A stretch of DNA of 64,000 bases from Candidatus Omnitrophota bacterium (GCA_028716565.1 JAQUPL010000002.1:194989-258988); one strand, 5' to 3'. Numbered from the stretch's first letter, positions 44,407 to 54,793 are shown. The notes: generated by a model not told the origin, from the sequence alone. A program made the numbers and translations.

Positions 44407-45768
44407 ATGGCCCAGGTCAAAGAAGGCAAGGATATATCCCTAGAGAAACTCCCGCCGCAGGACCTCGATGCCGAGATGGCTGTCCTATGCTCTATGATGA
44501 TAGAGGAAGAGGCGATATCGCATGCCGTCGAGCTGCTGAAAGAAGACGTTTTTTACAAACTGGCTCACAGGATAATATTCAACGCCATCGTAGGGCTTTA
44601 CAGCAACAATAAGGCCGTCGACCTCATAACGCTAGTCGACGAACTGAAGAAGAAGGGCGAGCTCGAAGAGGCCGGCGGCATAAGCTACCTCACTTCCCTT
44701 ACTACTTTCGTTCCGACCGCCGCCAACATCAGCCATTACGCGAAGATAGTAAAAGACAAGAGCATGCTCCGCAGCCTGATCACGAGCGCCACCACCATAC
44801 TTTCGGCAGCATACGACGCCCAGGACGAGGCGAAAGAGATACTCGACAAGGCCGAGCGGATGATATTCGAGATAACCTCCAGGAAGGTCGAAGGGGGGTT
44901 CGTCTCGCTCAAAGAGATAATAAAAGATTCCATAGAGACCATAGATTCGCTCTACCAGAGGAAGACGAACGTGACCGGCCTGGCGACCGGGTTCGACGAT
45001 TTCGACAAGATGACCTCCGGCTTGCATGAAGGCGAACTTGTAGTGGTCGCAGGAAGGCCGTCGATGGGCAAGAGCGCCCTGGCCTGCTGCATCGCCGAAC
45101 ACGTAGGCATAGTGCTAAAACAGGGAGTGGCTGTCTTCAGCCTGGAAATGTCAAAGGAACAGCTCGCACAGAGGATGCTTTGCTCTCACGCGAGGGTCGA
45201 CGCCAGCAAGGTGAGGACCGGCTTCCTTTCCCAGACCGACTGGCCGCGCCTCGTAAACGCGGCAGGAAAATTCTCGGAAGCGCCCATATTTATAGACGAT
45301 TCCTCGGCGCTTTCGGTCCTGGAGCTGAGAGGGAAGGCCAGAAGGCTTAAATCTATGCATGACATCAAGCTTATAATAGTAGACTACCTGCAGCTGCTCG
45401 AGAGCCCGTCGTTCCGGTCCGAGGGCAGGCAGCAGGAGATATCCGACATATCTCGTTCGCTGAAAGCTTTGTCCAAGGAGTTGGGTGTCCCGCTTATCGC
45501 GGTAAGCCAGCTTTCGAGGAAGCCGGAAGGAAGGGATGATAAGCGCCCGCAGCTGGCGGACTTGCGCGAATCCGGCGCTATCGAGCAGGACGCGGACCTG
45601 GTGCTTTTGTTGTTCCGCGAGGAATTTTATAACCCCACCGAAGAGAACAGGGGCATCGCGGAAGTGATGATAGCCAAGCAGCGCAACGGCCCGACCGGCC
45701 CGACGAAACTCGCGTTCCTGAAAGAATTTACGAGATTTGAGAACCTGTCAGTAAGGCAGGATATCTAA
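44407..45768 (+). CDS. dnaB: Replicative DNA helicase
   Basis: Walker A GRPSMGKSA, SLEMS and the QLSR arginine-finger region; 453 aa with no intein. Confidence 0.95.
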   Translation: MAQVKEGKDISLEKLPPQDLDAEMAVLCSMMIEEEAISHAVELLKEDVFYKLAHRIIFNAIVGLYSNNKAVDLITLVDELKKKGELEEAGGISYLTSLTTFVPTAANISHYAKIVKDKSMLRSLITSATTILSAAYDAQDEAKEILDKAERMIFEITSRKVEGGFVSLKEIIKDSIETIDSLYQRKTNVTGLATGFDDFDKMTSGLHEGELVVVAGRPSMGKSALACCIAEHVGIVLKQGVAVFSLEMSKEQLAQRMLCSHARVDASKVRTGFLSQTDWPRLVNAAGKFSEAPIFIDDSSALSVLELRGKARRLKSMHDIKLIIVDYLQLLESPSFRSEGRQQEISDISRSLKALSKELGVPLIAVSQLSRKPEGRDDKRPQLADLRESGAIEQDADLVLLLFREEFYNPTEENRGIAEVMIAKQRNGPTGPTKLAFLKEFTRFENLSVRQDI

Positions 45769-45857
45769 TCCTAAAAGACGGACCTTCCTTTGTCATTATG
45801 GGAGGGGTCCACAATTAGCTTTACATTGTTTTTAGTGTATGTTAAATTAAACATTTA

Positions 45858-48287
45858 ATGAGGATTCCTTATATACCTATGAAGATCTTTCCCGGGGTTA
45901 TTTTCCTATCGGCCCTTTTGATCCTAAGCCTTAAACCGGTTTTTTCCGAGGAGATGGTTGCGCCCGAGCAACAGGCGCCAGCCGCAGCCGCAGAGGCGCT
46001 GGTGGGATCCGTCCCGGAATCGCCTGAAAATCCCTCCCTTGAGAATCCCGTCCCGGTCCTGGCCGCGCAGGAAAAGACGGTCGGGGGCGTATATATCACG
46101 GGAAATAAGGCGGTCTCTTCGTCCTTGATACTTTCTAAGGTAAAGAGCAAACAGGGCGAGGCGTATAAGAAGGCCACGGTCGATGAAGATATAAAGCGCA
46201 TCTACGGCCTCGGATATTTCTCCGATGTGAAGGCCGAGGTGAAGGAATTTGAAAACAGCCTTGATATCACCTTTACGGTGACCGAGAAACCGCCGATAGG
46301 CCAGATAATTTTCGCCGGCAACAAGACATTCAGGGATGAAAGGCTCAAGAAAGAGCTCAAGATAAAACAGGACGAGATCCTTGACGAGCGTCAGCTCAAA
46401 GAGAGCACGAAGGTCATCAGGGAGATGTATTATAAGAAGGGGTTTACCCACGCCAAGGTGGATTACGCGATAAGGCTTGATCCTGTGACCAATAAGGCGG
46501 TCGTCACGATCCTGATAGACGAGGAGAAAAGGGTAAAGATAAACAGGATAACATTCGAGGGTAATAAGGCGTTCAAGTCAGACCAGCTCACCAGGCTTAT
46601 GTCCACGAAGACGGCGTGGTGGTTCTTCAGGTCCGGCACTTTTAACGAGGATGCTTTCGAGAGCGATCTCGAAAAGATAAAAGCGTTTTATGAAAACAAC
46701 GGTTACCTTGACATCAAGCTGGAACCCGACCTCAAGTACAGCGAACAGGGCGGATCCCTCTGGATCAACATAAAGGTCGATGAGGGCAAGAAATATCTCG
46801 TCAATACGCTGACGATAACCGGCCAAGCCGTCATCGCGGAGAAAGACCTGAGGAAGCCCCTTAAGATGACGGCGGGAAAGGCCTTCAGCCAGGAGGCGAT
46901 GCGCAACGACGCCGACGCGATGCAGGGCCTTTACTTTGAGAAAGGGTATATATACGCTACCATAAAGCCGGAGAGTTCGCTTAATCCCGAGACTAACAAT
47001 ATTGACGTCAAGTACGTCATCATAGAGAACGAGCTTACATTTGTCGGCAGGATAGAGATCAAAGGTAATGTCCGTACGAAGGACAAGGTCATCAGGAGGG
47101 AGCTAAGGCTGCGTCCCGGACAGGCTTTTGACGGGAAGAAGCTCCAGCGTTCCAAGGAGAGGCTTTACAATCTCGGTTATTTTGAGGATATAACTTTCGA
47201 TACAGAGAAGAGCGCTGAGCCGAACAAGGCGAACCTCATCGTGGATGTCAAGGAGACTAAGACAGGAGAGTTCTCGTTCGGCGGCGGTTTCTCGACCGTA
47301 GATAAATTGGTCGGCTTCATCCAGGTTACGCAGCGTAATTTCGACCTGTTTAATTTCCCGACCTTTACCGGCGGCGGGCAGCAACTCGCCGTTAGGGCGG
47401 AGATAGGTACCGTAAGAAGGGATTACCAGTTGAGTTTTACCGAACCCTGGGTATTCGATTATCCGTATCTTTTCGGGTTCGACCTATACCAAAACACCCA
47501 CTTAAAGGCGGCGGACATAGGTTATGGTTATAGCGAGCAGAGGCAAGGAGGGGACTTAAGGCTGGGCAAAGAATTCGACGATAACGACAGGGCCGATATG
47601 ATGTACAGGCTGGAGAGCGTAAAGATCTCGGATGTCGACTCAACCGCGTTGGCCGACCTCCAGAAGGAACAGGGTACCAACGTCATCTCGAGCCTGACCC
47701 TGGGATTGACGAGAGACCTGAGGGATTCGACGTTATCTCCGACCAAAGGATATGTTTTGTTCGGTTCGGTCCAGGGCGCCGGCGGACCTATCGGCGGCGA
47801 CAAGAATTTTGTGAAATACTACGGTTCGTCGAGTTTTTATTTTTCGTTCATCGAAAGACAGGTTTTGCAATTGACCGCGAGAGCGGGCGCAGTAGGCGCG
47901 TTCGGGAACACCGACAGTGTCCCCATCTATGAAAGGTTTTTCATCGGAGGCGCCGATACTGTCCGCGGCTACAAAGAAAGAAGCATAGGTCCAAAAGACC
48001 CGGTCACGAACAGCCCGTTAGGAGGCAACGCCATGCTTGTCGGGAACGCCGAATATGTCTTTCCCATAGTGGAGTTTCTCAAGGGCGCGGTCTTCATGGA
48101 TGCAGGCAACGTCTGGCAGAGGGAAGGCGATTTCGGCAAGGGCGGCGTTATGTATTCTGCCGGCACCGGTATCAGGGTAAAAACGCCGGTCGGGCCTGTA
48201 AAGCTGGATTATGGTTATCCGCTTAAAACCGACCCGGGCGAGAAGAAGGTTGGAAGGTTCCACTTTAGCCTGAGCAGGGCTTTTTAA
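45858..48287 (+). CDS. bamA: Outer membrane protein assembly factor BamA
   Basis: Signal peptide, five POTRA-like repeats, and a C-terminal Omp85 beta-barrel ending ...RFHFSLSRAF. Confidence 0.9.
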   Translation: MRIPYIPMKIFPGVIFLSALLILSLKPVFSEEMVAPEQQAPAAAAEALVGSVPESPENPSLENPVPVLAAQEKTVGGVYITGNKAVSSSLILSKVKSKQGEAYKKATVDEDIKRIYGLGYFSDVKAEVKEFENSLDITFTVTEKPPIGQIIFAGNKTFRDERLKKELKIKQDEILDERQLKESTKVIREMYYKKGFTHAKVDYAIRLDPVTNKAVVTILIDEEKRVKINRITFEGNKAFKSDQLTRLMSTKTAWWFFRSGTFNEDAFESDLEKIKAFYENNGYLDIKLEPDLKYSEQGGSLWINIKVDEGKKYLVNTLTITGQAVIAEKDLRKPLKMTAGKAFSQEAMRNDADAMQGLYFEKGYIYATIKPESSLNPETNNIDVKYVIIENELTFVGRIEIKGNVRTKDKVIRRELRLRPGQAFDGKKLQRSKERLYNLGYFEDITFDTEKSAEPNKANLIVDVKETKTGEFSFGGGFSTVDKLVGFIQVTQRNFDLFNFPTFTGGGQQLAVRAEIGTVRRDYQLSFTEPWVFDYPYLFGFDLYQNTHLKAADIGYGYSEQRQGGDLRLGKEFDDNDRADMMYRLESVKISDVDSTALADLQKEQGTNVISSLTLGLTRDLRDSTLSPTKGYVLFGSVQGAGGPIGGDKNFVKYYGSSSFYFSFIERQVLQLTARAGAVGAFGNTDSVPIYERFFIGGADTVRGYKERSIGPKDPVTNSPLGGNAMLVGNAEYVFPIVEFLKGAVFMDAGNVWQREGDFGKGGVMYSAGTGIRVKTPVGPVKLDYGYPLKTDPGEKKVGRFHFSLSRAF

Positions 48288-48305
48288 CACGGAAGGAGAA
48301 GAAAG

Positions 48306-48833
48306 ATGAAGGCAATGTCCAAGTTGGTCATTTTGGCGTTTTTATTTTCGTTATCCATGGCGTCCGTAAATATGGCGCTCGCAGCCGGAGATAAGATAGG
48401 CTATATGGATCTCGGCAAGGTCTTCGATGAATACAATAAGACAAAAGACCTTGACAAGCAACTCGAGTCAAAAAGCAGCGGCAAACAGGGTGAAAGGGAC
48501 AAGTTGGTTGCCGAAATAAAGAAGATGAAGGACGATCTCGACCTCGCCAAGGAATCGGATAAGGCGAAGAAGACCTCGGCGGTACAGGAGAAGTTGAATA
48601 AACTCCAGGATTTCGATAAAGAATCAAGGGACACCCTCAGGAAAGACCGCGATGACATGGCAAGGGTGATACTTAAGGAGATAAAGGATACCATAGACAA
48701 TATCGGCAAGAAGGAAGGTTATAAGTATATATTCGACAGCCGGGCCGTCTTGTTCGGAAGCGACACGGACAACCTGACTAGCAGGATCCTTAAGATATTG
48801 AACGATCAATACGCCGCAAAGGGAAAGAGATAG
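48306..48833 (+). CDS. skp: Periplasmic chaperone Skp/OmpH
   Basis: Signal peptide followed by a long coiled-coil region; located between bamA and lpxD as in many diderms. Confidence 0.75.
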   Translation: MKAMSKLVILAFLFSLSMASVNMALAAGDKIGYMDLGKVFDEYNKTKDLDKQLESKSSGKQGERDKLVAEIKKMKDDLDLAKESDKAKKTSAVQEKLNKLQDFDKESRDTLRKDRDDMARVILKEIKDTIDNIGKKEGYKYIFDSRAVLFGSDTDNLTSRILKILNDQYAAKGKR

Positions 48834-48836
48834 TAA

Positions 48837-49922
48837 GTGCCTGAAGCGGGTTCTTCAATACATAAGACCCTCAAAGAGATCGCGCAATTAATAGACGGCG
48901 AGGTTATAGGCGACGGGAATGTCGTCATAACCGGGATAAGCGGGATAAGGGAAGCGGAAGAAGGGGACCTGACATTCCTCGCTAACCCGCGCTATGCTCC
49001 TCTGATGGATACGACTAGGGCGTCGGCGATCATAACCTCCCGGGAGACGAAGACCGCTCCCAGGCCGATGATCCGCGCGGATAACCCCTCTATGGCGTTT
49101 GCCAAGGTGATCTCCATCCTTATGCCGAACGACCAGAAGTATCCCGTCGGTATACATCCTGCCGCGGTGGTCGGGAAGAACGTAAAACTCGGGCAGGATG
49201 TCGCGCTCCAGCCGTACGTCGTGATCGACGACGACGCCGCTATAGGGGACAGGACTATAATTTACGCCGGCAGTTATATCGGCAATCGCGCGAAGATAGG
49301 AAGCGACTGCCTGATCTATCCGAACGTCGCGATACGCGATAAGGTCGAGATAGGGAACAGGGTGATAATCCATTCCGGCACGGTCATAGGCAGCGACGGG
49401 TTCGGGTTCGCGACGGTCGGCGGAGAGCATCACAAAATACCCCAGATCGGAACGGTCCTTATCGAGGACGACGTAGAGATAGGCGCCAATGTCACTATCG
49501 ACAGGGCGCGGTTCGGGAAGACTGTGATAGGGAAGGGCACCAAGGTAGACAACCTTGTCCAGATAGCCCATAACGTCATAGTCGGAGAGAATTCCATAAT
49601 AATAGCGCAGGCCGGAATATCCGGTTCGACGGTCATAGGCAAGAACGTCACGATCGCCGGCCAGGCGGGCCTGGTCGGACATATAACGATCGGGGATAAT
49701 GCCGTGCTGGCTGCGCAGGCCGGTGTCACGAAGTCGGTCCCGGCGAATACATGTGTCTCGGGATACCCCGCAAGGCGGCACGATGAGGCGAAGAGGCTGA
49801 ATGCCTTTGTCACGCGCCTGCCGCAGATCGTCGATGAACTGAAAAAACTCGAAGAAAAATTTCAACAGTTGGAGAAGAAGATAGCAGATGGAACAACAGC
49901 TGACAATAAAAAACGCGGTTGA
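48837..49922 (+). CDS. lpxD: UDP-3-O-acylglucosamine N-acyltransferase
   Basis: LpxD N-terminal domain plus hexapeptide repeats. Confidence 0.9.
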   Translation: MPEAGSSIHKTLKEIAQLIDGEVIGDGNVVITGISGIREAEEGDLTFLANPRYAPLMDTTRASAIITSRETKTAPRPMIRADNPSMAFAKVISILMPNDQKYPVGIHPAAVVGKNVKLGQDVALQPYVVIDDDAAIGDRTIIYAGSYIGNRAKIGSDCLIYPNVAIRDKVEIGNRVIIHSGTVIGSDGFGFATVGGEHHKIPQIGTVLIEDDVEIGANVTIDRARFGKTVIGKGTKVDNLVQIAHNVIVGENSIIIAQAGISGSTVIGKNVTIAGQAGLVGHITIGDNAVLAAQAGVTKSVPANTCVSGYPARRHDEAKRLNAFVTRLPQIVDELKKLEEKFQQLEKKIADGTTADNKKRG

Positions 49923-51219
49923 AACCGAAGGGACCGGCCTGCATACAGGGACGAAGGTGAAAATGCGCCTTTTGCCCGCCGAACCTAATTCCGGCATAAG
50001 CTTTATCCGCGTAGACCTTCCGGATTCGCCGGTGATAAAAGCGAATACCGCCAATGTCATGGAATCCAGCCGCAAACTGAGGAGGACATCGCTTTCATGC
50101 AACGGCGTAGAAGTCCATACGGTGGAGCACCTGCTGTCGGCGCTCAGCGGGATGATGATAGACAATATCAAGGTCGAGATAAACGGCCCCGAGCTTCCCG
50201 GTTTCGACGGTTCCGCGATGCCGTTTGTCGAGCTGATAAAGAAAGCAGGCGCGCAGTCGCAGCCGGAACAGAAAAGGACCTTTACGGTAAAAGACCCGAT
50301 CTGGCTCGAGGAGAACGATACGGTCCTGGCCATACTTCCCGATTCCGAATTAAAGATATCTTATATGTTGAGCTACGACCACCCGTTGCTCAGGTCCCAG
50401 TACGTCTCGGTCGTGATAACGCCTGAGACTTATGAGAAAGAGATAGCCCCGACGAGGACATTCTGCCTGGAGGCCGAGGCCGAGGAGCTGAGACGGCAGG
50501 GGCTGGGCAAAGGCGCGAACTTCGAAAACACCCTCGTTGTCGGCAAGGACGGCGTCATAAAGAATAAATTAAGGTTTAGCGATGAGTTCGCGCGCCACAA
50601 AGTCTCGGACCTTATGGGAGACCTTTACCTTTTGGGCATGCCCTTAAAAGGCCATGTGATAGCCGTAAAATCCGGGCATCCGCTCAACGTCAGGCTTTTA
50701 CAGAAGATAAGGCAGCAGCAGGAGCGCATGCGCGCCGGCGCCATGGAAAGCAAAGGCCCCGGCATCGTTGGCACTCCCCTCGATATCAACGATATAAAGA
50801 AGATACTGCCTCACCGTTACCCGTTCCTGTTGGTTGACAGGGTCATAGAACTCGAGGACGACAAGAGAGCGGTGGGCATAAAGAACGTCACGATGAACGA
50901 ATTTTATTTCCCGGGTCATTTTCCGAACATGCCGATAATGCCCGGAGTGCTCATAATGGAAGCGCTGGCGCAGGTCGCCGGCGTGATGATGCTCAACAAA
51001 AGGGAAAATCTCGGGAAATACGCTTTCTTCATGTCGATGGACAAGGTAAAATTCCGTAAAGCGGTCGTGCCCGGGGACCAGCTTGTCCTTGAGACCGAGG
51101 TGCTGAAACTGCGCTCCAAGACCGTCCAGGTGAAGGCTGTCGCGAGCGTCGACGGGAAAATTGTGGCCGAAGGCGAATTCATGTTCGCCCTGGTCGGCGG
51201 TGAAGAGGCTTCGGAATAA
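49888..51219 (+). CDS. lpxC-fabZ: Bifunctional UDP-3-O-acyl-N-acetylglucosamine deacetylase / 3-hydroxyacyl-ACP dehydratase (LpxC-FabZ fusion)
   Basis: LpxC N-terminal part (TGLHTG...ISF, HTVEHLL...). The C-terminal ~150 aa are a hotdog FabZ domain ([13 protein letters not shown]...FPGHFP...PGVL). Confidence 0.9.
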   Translation: MEQQLTIKNAVETEGTGLHTGTKVKMRLLPAEPNSGISFIRVDLPDSPVIKANTANVMESSRKLRRTSLSCNGVEVHTVEHLLSALSGMMIDNIKVEINGPELPGFDGSAMPFVELIKKAGAQSQPEQKRTFTVKDPIWLEENDTVLAILPDSELKISYMLSYDHPLLRSQYVSVVITPETYEKEIAPTRTFCLEAEAEELRRQGLGKGANFENTLVVGKDGVIKNKLRFSDEFARHKVSDLMGDLYLLGMPLKGHVIAVKSGHPLNVRLLQKIRQQQERMRAGAMESKGPGIVGTPLDINDIKKILPHRYPFLLVDRVIELEDDKRAVGIKNVTMNEFYFPGHFPNMPIMPGVLIMEALAQVAGVMMLNKRENLGKYAFFMSMDKVKFRKAVVPGDQLVLETEVLKLRSKTVQVKAVASVDGKIVAEGEFMFALVGGEEASE

Positions 51220-51274
51220 GGGGATGAACCCCGCATATACGTGTGGGGTATCAATAGAAAAGTGAAGGTGCAGG

Positions 51275-52045
51275 GTGCAAATCCACTCTACAGCGATCGT
51301 AGATAAAAAGGCAGAGTTGGCCGACGGAGTTGAAGTCGGCCCTTATTGTATAATCGGTCCGGACGTCAAGATCGGCAGCGGAACCGTAATAGGCGCGCAC
51401 GCCGTGATCGACGGGCACACGACTATCGGCCGCGATAACAGGATATTCACCGGGGCCGTGATAGGCTCCATCACGCAGGACCTGAAATTCAAGGGCGAAA
51501 AAAGTTACGTCAAGATAGGCGACAACAATATCATTCGCGAATACGTTACCGTAAATATGGGAACGAACAAAGAGTCCTCCACCGTGATAGGCAATAAGGT
51601 CCTTTTGATGGCATATTGCCATGTGGCGCACGACTGCGTCATAAAAGACGGGGCAATCATCGCCAATTGCGGCACGTTCGCCGGTTATGTCACCGTCGAG
51701 GAGAAGGCCGATATCGGGGGCCTTACCGGCGTCCACCAGTTCGTTCGCATAGGAAAGCTCGCTATCATAGGCGGCTGTTCGAAAGTCACGCAGGACGTGG
51801 TGCCTTATTCGATGAGCGACGGCCATCCGCTGAAAGTATACGGCCTCAATACCGTCGGGCTCGAAAGGGCCGACGTCCCCCAGGCATCGCGGAATTCCCT
51901 TAAAAAAGCTTTCAAGATACTCTTTAATTCGGGGCTTACCGTCCCTCATGCGCTGGACGAGATAAAGTCGGAAGTCCCGGAATGCCCCGAAGTAGACTAC
52001 CTTATAGATTTCACGGCTGCCTCTGAACGGGGCATCTCAAGATAA
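51275..52045 (+). CDS. lpxA: Acyl-ACP--UDP-N-acetylglucosamine O-acyltransferase
   Basis: Hexapeptide-repeat protein with an LpxA-type C-terminal helical domain; GTG start. Confidence 0.9.
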   Translation: MQIHSTAIVDKKAELADGVEVGPYCIIGPDVKIGSGTVIGAHAVIDGHTTIGRDNRIFTGAVIGSITQDLKFKGEKSYVKIGDNNIIREYVTVNMGTNKESSTVIGNKVLLMAYCHVAHDCVIKDGAIIANCGTFAGYVTVEEKADIGGLTGVHQFVRIGKLAIIGGCSKVTQDVVPYSMSDGHPLKVYGLNTVGLERADVPQASRNSLKKAFKILFNSGLTVPHALDEIKSEVPECPEVDYLIDFTAASERGISR

Positions 52046-52051
52046 AATAAT

Positions 52052-52861
52052 ATGGACACCATAGGACTTATCGCGGGTAAAAGCGATTTTCCGCTGCTTT
52101 TCGCCAAAGCAGCGAGATCGAAAGGCGTGAAGGTTATCGCCGTGGGCATCGAGGGCGAGACCAGGCCCGAGGTGGAAAAGCTCGTCGACAAATTTTACTG
52201 GGTAAAACTCGGCGAACTCTCCAAGGTGCTCGAGGTCTTCAAGGCCGAAGGCGTCAAAAAAGCCGTGATGGCCGGCGGGGTCACTAAATCCAGGATATTC
52301 AACGAAGCGCTGAAGATCGACGGGTTGATGAAATCGATCCTTGTCAGGGCTCTGGACAAAAAAGACGATACCCTGTTATCGATGATCACCGCAACGCTGA
52401 AATCGGCCGGCATAGACCTGCTGGATTCGACGCTTTTCCTCGAGGACCTGCTGCCGGCAGAAGGCGTGCCGACGAAGGCGAAACCGGCACTTTCGCAAGA
52501 GGAGGATATCAGGTTCGGCGCGAGGGTCGCGAGGGAAGTGGCCGGCCTGGATATAGGGCTTTCGATATTCGTAAAAGATAAGGCCGTAATAGCGGTCGAG
52601 GATATTGAGGGGACCGACGCTATGATAAGACGCGGCGGACGGCTTGCCGGCGCGGGCGGAGTCATAATAAAAGTCGCGCGACCGAAGCAGAATATGAAAT
52701 TCGACATCCCGGTCATAGGGCCTCAGACTATACGTTCGATGGTTGAGGTGAAGGCGGCCTGCCTCGCGATAGAGGCAAAGAAGACGCTTATAATAGATAA
52801 AGAAGAAACGATCGCTCTCGCGGACAATAATGGTATTTCCATAATAGCGGTAAAAATGTGA
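52052..52861 (+). CDS. lpxI: UDP-2,3-diacylglucosamine hydrolase LpxI (DUF1009 family)
   Basis: N-terminus MDTIGLIAGKSDFP is typical of LpxI and the gene sits in the lpx cluster. Confidence 0.7.
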   Translation: MDTIGLIAGKSDFPLLFAKAARSKGVKVIAVGIEGETRPEVEKLVDKFYWVKLGELSKVLEVFKAEGVKKAVMAGGVTKSRIFNEALKIDGLMKSILVRALDKKDDTLLSMITATLKSAGIDLLDSTLFLEDLLPAEGVPTKAKPALSQEEDIRFGARVAREVAGLDIGLSIFVKDKAVIAVEDIEGTDAMIRRGGRLAGAGGVIIKVARPKQNMKFDIPVIGPQTIRSMVEVKAACLAIEAKKTLIIDKEETIALADNNGISIIAVKM

Positions 52862-53538
52862 GCGGTATCCTTATATTAGGCATAGAGGACGAAGGCCTTA
52901 AGCGCGCCAAAAAAGCGCTGAAAGACGCTGATCACCAGGTCTATTCCTGCGATGAGGCCGATATAAAACCGGTCTACGAAGAGACGCTGAAGAGGCGGCC
53001 GGATGTCATAGTCCTCGATTTCGCCTCCCCCAAGAATTTCGATGCGCAGGCTGTCCTGCGCGCCTTCAAGAAAGACAGGTTCCTGAAAGATACTCCTGTC
53101 TTTGCCGTCCTGCCTGAAGACGGGATGCGGCTTCTCGATAACCTTTCAGGCATCGGCGATTTCATAATTGCCCCGTTTAACGGCGCAGAGCTTGTAGCGC
53201 GCGTCAAGGCGCTCCTCAAAAAAGTCATACCGACCGATTCCGATGACATGATAAAGATAAGCGACCTAATCATAGATGTATCAAGATACGAAGTGTCATT
53301 GAACGGCAGCAAGGTGGAGCTCACGTTCAAAGAATACGAACTCCTTAAATTCCTCGCCTCAAACAAAGGCCGCGTCTATTCCCGGGACCAGCTGCTCGAC
53401 AAGATCTGGGGATACGATTACTACGGCGGTACCCGCACGGTGGATGTCCATATCCGCCGCCTCCGCAGCAAGATAGAGGACCGGAAGCATACCTTTATCG
53501 AGACCATCCGCAACATCGGCTACAAATTCATCGCTTAA
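52858..53538 (+). CDS. Orphan OmpR-family response regulator with a degenerate receiver domain; candidate GlnR-like nitrogen regulator
   Basis: C-terminal winged-helix trans_reg_C domain (LTFKEYELLKFLASNKGRVYSRDQLLDKIWGYDYYGGTRTVDVHIRRLR). In the receiver domain the conserved KPF lysine is APF, the conserved Thr is Leu, and the N-terminal acidic pair is E-D; the phospho-acceptor Asp is retained (VIVLDF). No histidine kinase is adjacent. GTG start overlaps the lpxI stop. Confidence 0.8.
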   Translation: MSGILILGIEDEGLKRAKKALKDADHQVYSCDEADIKPVYEETLKRRPDVIVLDFASPKNFDAQAVLRAFKKDRFLKDTPVFAVLPEDGMRLLDNLSGIGDFIIAPFNGAELVARVKALLKKVIPTDSDDMIKISDLIIDVSRYEVSLNGSKVELTFKEYELLKFLASNKGRVYSRDQLLDKIWGYDYYGGTRTVDVHIRRLRSKIEDRKHTFIETIRNIGYKFIA

Positions 53539-53557
53539 TCCCGTAACCTGCTTTTTA

Positions 53558-53658
53558 CCTTGAAATTTAAGCCTCGCTCGGCCTTTCTTTATTACTCGCC
53601 TCTGCCAAATATCTACTGCGTCATAAACCGGCTCTTTGCGAGGCGTTAAATTTCAAGG
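53558..53658 (+). repeat. ~100-nt palindromic intergenic repeat element, copy A, with 11-bp perfect terminal inverted repeats CCTTGAAATTT / AAATTTCAAGG
   Basis: About 80% identical to the reverse complement of 61090..61188. Conserved internal blocks are CGGCCTTTCTTTATTACTCG and ACTGCGTCATAAACCGGCTCTT. The inner stem is GCCTCGC/GCGAGGC. Confidence 0.5.
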
Positions 53659-53678
53659 CATGACACCCGCATGCAAGA

Positions 53679-53731
53679 TTAACCAAGATTTAACGCGCAT
53701 GTAATACGGATTTAACATTCGCCCGTATACT
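53679..53731 (+). promoter_or_regulatory. Four half-sites (TTAAC, TTAAC, GTAAT, TTAAC) phased at exactly 11 bp (53679, 53690, 53701, 53712), then a TATACT -10 element at 53726..53731, just upstream of the rubredoxin-like/porin/amt operon
   Basis: Direct-repeat architecture ending 9 bp upstream of the -10 with no -35, typical of OmpR/PhoB/GlnR-class activator sites. The 13-mer GGATTTAACATTC recurs identically at the glnA promoter. Confidence 0.45.
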
Positions 53732-53738
53732 TACGGGT

Positions 53739-53921
53739 ATGAAGATCAAAGAAGATGATCTTGAGCGGAAGTACAGGTGCGCAAAGTGCGGCTACTTAAC
53801 GCAGCGGCAGGCGCCCCCCAGGAGCTGTCCGATATGCAGGGCCGGCTCCGAAGCTTTTGACGACATCGGTGTCGACAGGTCAACGGAGAAAAGGGCGGTC
53901 TTTAATCCAAGATTAATATAG
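53739..53921 (+). CDS. Small rubredoxin-like zinc-ribbon protein
   Basis: CAKCGY...CPICRAG, i.e. CxxC-N17-CxxC. The start codon lies 7 nt after the -10 element, so the transcript may be leaderless. Small ORF, moderate support. Confidence 0.4.
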   Translation: MKIKEDDLERKYRCAKCGYLTQRQAPPRSCPICRAGSEAFDDIGVDRSTEKRAVFNPRLI

Positions 53922-53992
53922 GGTTAATCTGTTTGTAACATTGATAGTTATACTTGTTTGGTGAGAACATTGGGAGAAAGAGAGAAGATCAG

Positions 53993-54784
53993 ATGTTCCG
54001 TCAAAACGTTTGGCTGGTCATATGTATCATAGGCGCGCTTTCCTTAATTACCCCCGCGGCCTGTTTCGCGACCGCAACCACCCACATCTGGGCGCCATCC
54101 ACTGACGTCCAGGCGTACGGAGTCGTCCACATAACCCCGGGAGACGTGTATATTCCCGTAAACAAGGACAAATTCGGGAACAGGGTCAACGTAATAACTA
54201 ACGAAGGGCTCACAGTCGGTGTTTTGCCTTTCGAGAAATTCAACATTGAGGTAGGTTTCGACAACAAGACAGGGTACGGGGAGCTGGACAATTACCCGAT
54301 ATATTTTAACGCAAAAGGTGGGATACCTGAAGGTGCGTTCGGTGAATGGTTCCCCGCCCTGGCTGTTGGCGCTTATGATATAGGGACGAAGGCTGACAAG
54401 ACCAATAGCAACGTGCTCTACTTCAAAGGCGCAAAGACATTCAAAATTAATGATTTCAACCTCGGCCGTCTCTCAGTCGGATATTTTAACGGCAACGGCA
54501 AATTGTTACGGGGTCCGAACGGCGGAAAAGACAACGCCGACGTCTTCGGCGCCTGGGAGCGCACGATGTCAGAGATATCGGACAAGCTCTGGCTTTGCGT
54601 TGAATACCAGGGGACGAAGAGCTCCTACGGTTGCTGGAATTTCGGCGGGTCATGGAAATTCTCGGATAATGTCTCGCTGCTCGTAGGGTTCGATCATTAC
54701 AACAACAGAAACTTTGCTGATACGGTTACAGTACAAGTCGATATAGATTTCGACGCGTTCAGCAATCTGTTCAAGAAGAAATAG
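53993..54784 (+). CDS. Outer-membrane beta-barrel protein, probable porin, encoded upstream of amt
   Basis: Signal peptide (MFRQNVWLVICIIGALSLITPAACFA), alternating amphipathic beta-strand pattern and C-terminal Phe-containing strands. The track start at 53954 is a TTG. Confidence 0.55.
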   Translation: MFRQNVWLVICIIGALSLITPAACFATATTHIWAPSTDVQAYGVVHITPGDVYIPVNKDKFGNRVNVITNEGLTVGVLPFEKFNIEVGFDNKTGYGELDNYPIYFNAKGGIPEGAFGEWFPALAVGAYDIGTKADKTNSNVLYFKGAKTFKINDFNLGRLSVGYFNGNGKLLRGPNGGKDNADVFGAWERTMSEISDKLWLCVEYQGTKSSYGCWNFGGSWKFSDNVSLLVGFDHYNNRNFADTVTVQVDIDFDAFSNLFKKK

Positions 54785-54793
54785 AGGTGACCC

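Noticed and set aside
48888-50333. 481-aa minus-strand ORF across lpxD and lpxC-fabZ
   Set aside because: Antisense to two conserved lipid A genes; shadow frame.
53679-53716. Phased short direct repeats as a possible CRISPR-like or minisatellite array
   Set aside because: The units are 5-bp half-sites at 11-bp spacing and only 3-4 copies occur, with no spacers of CRISPR size. The arrangement fits a transcription-factor binding site instead.
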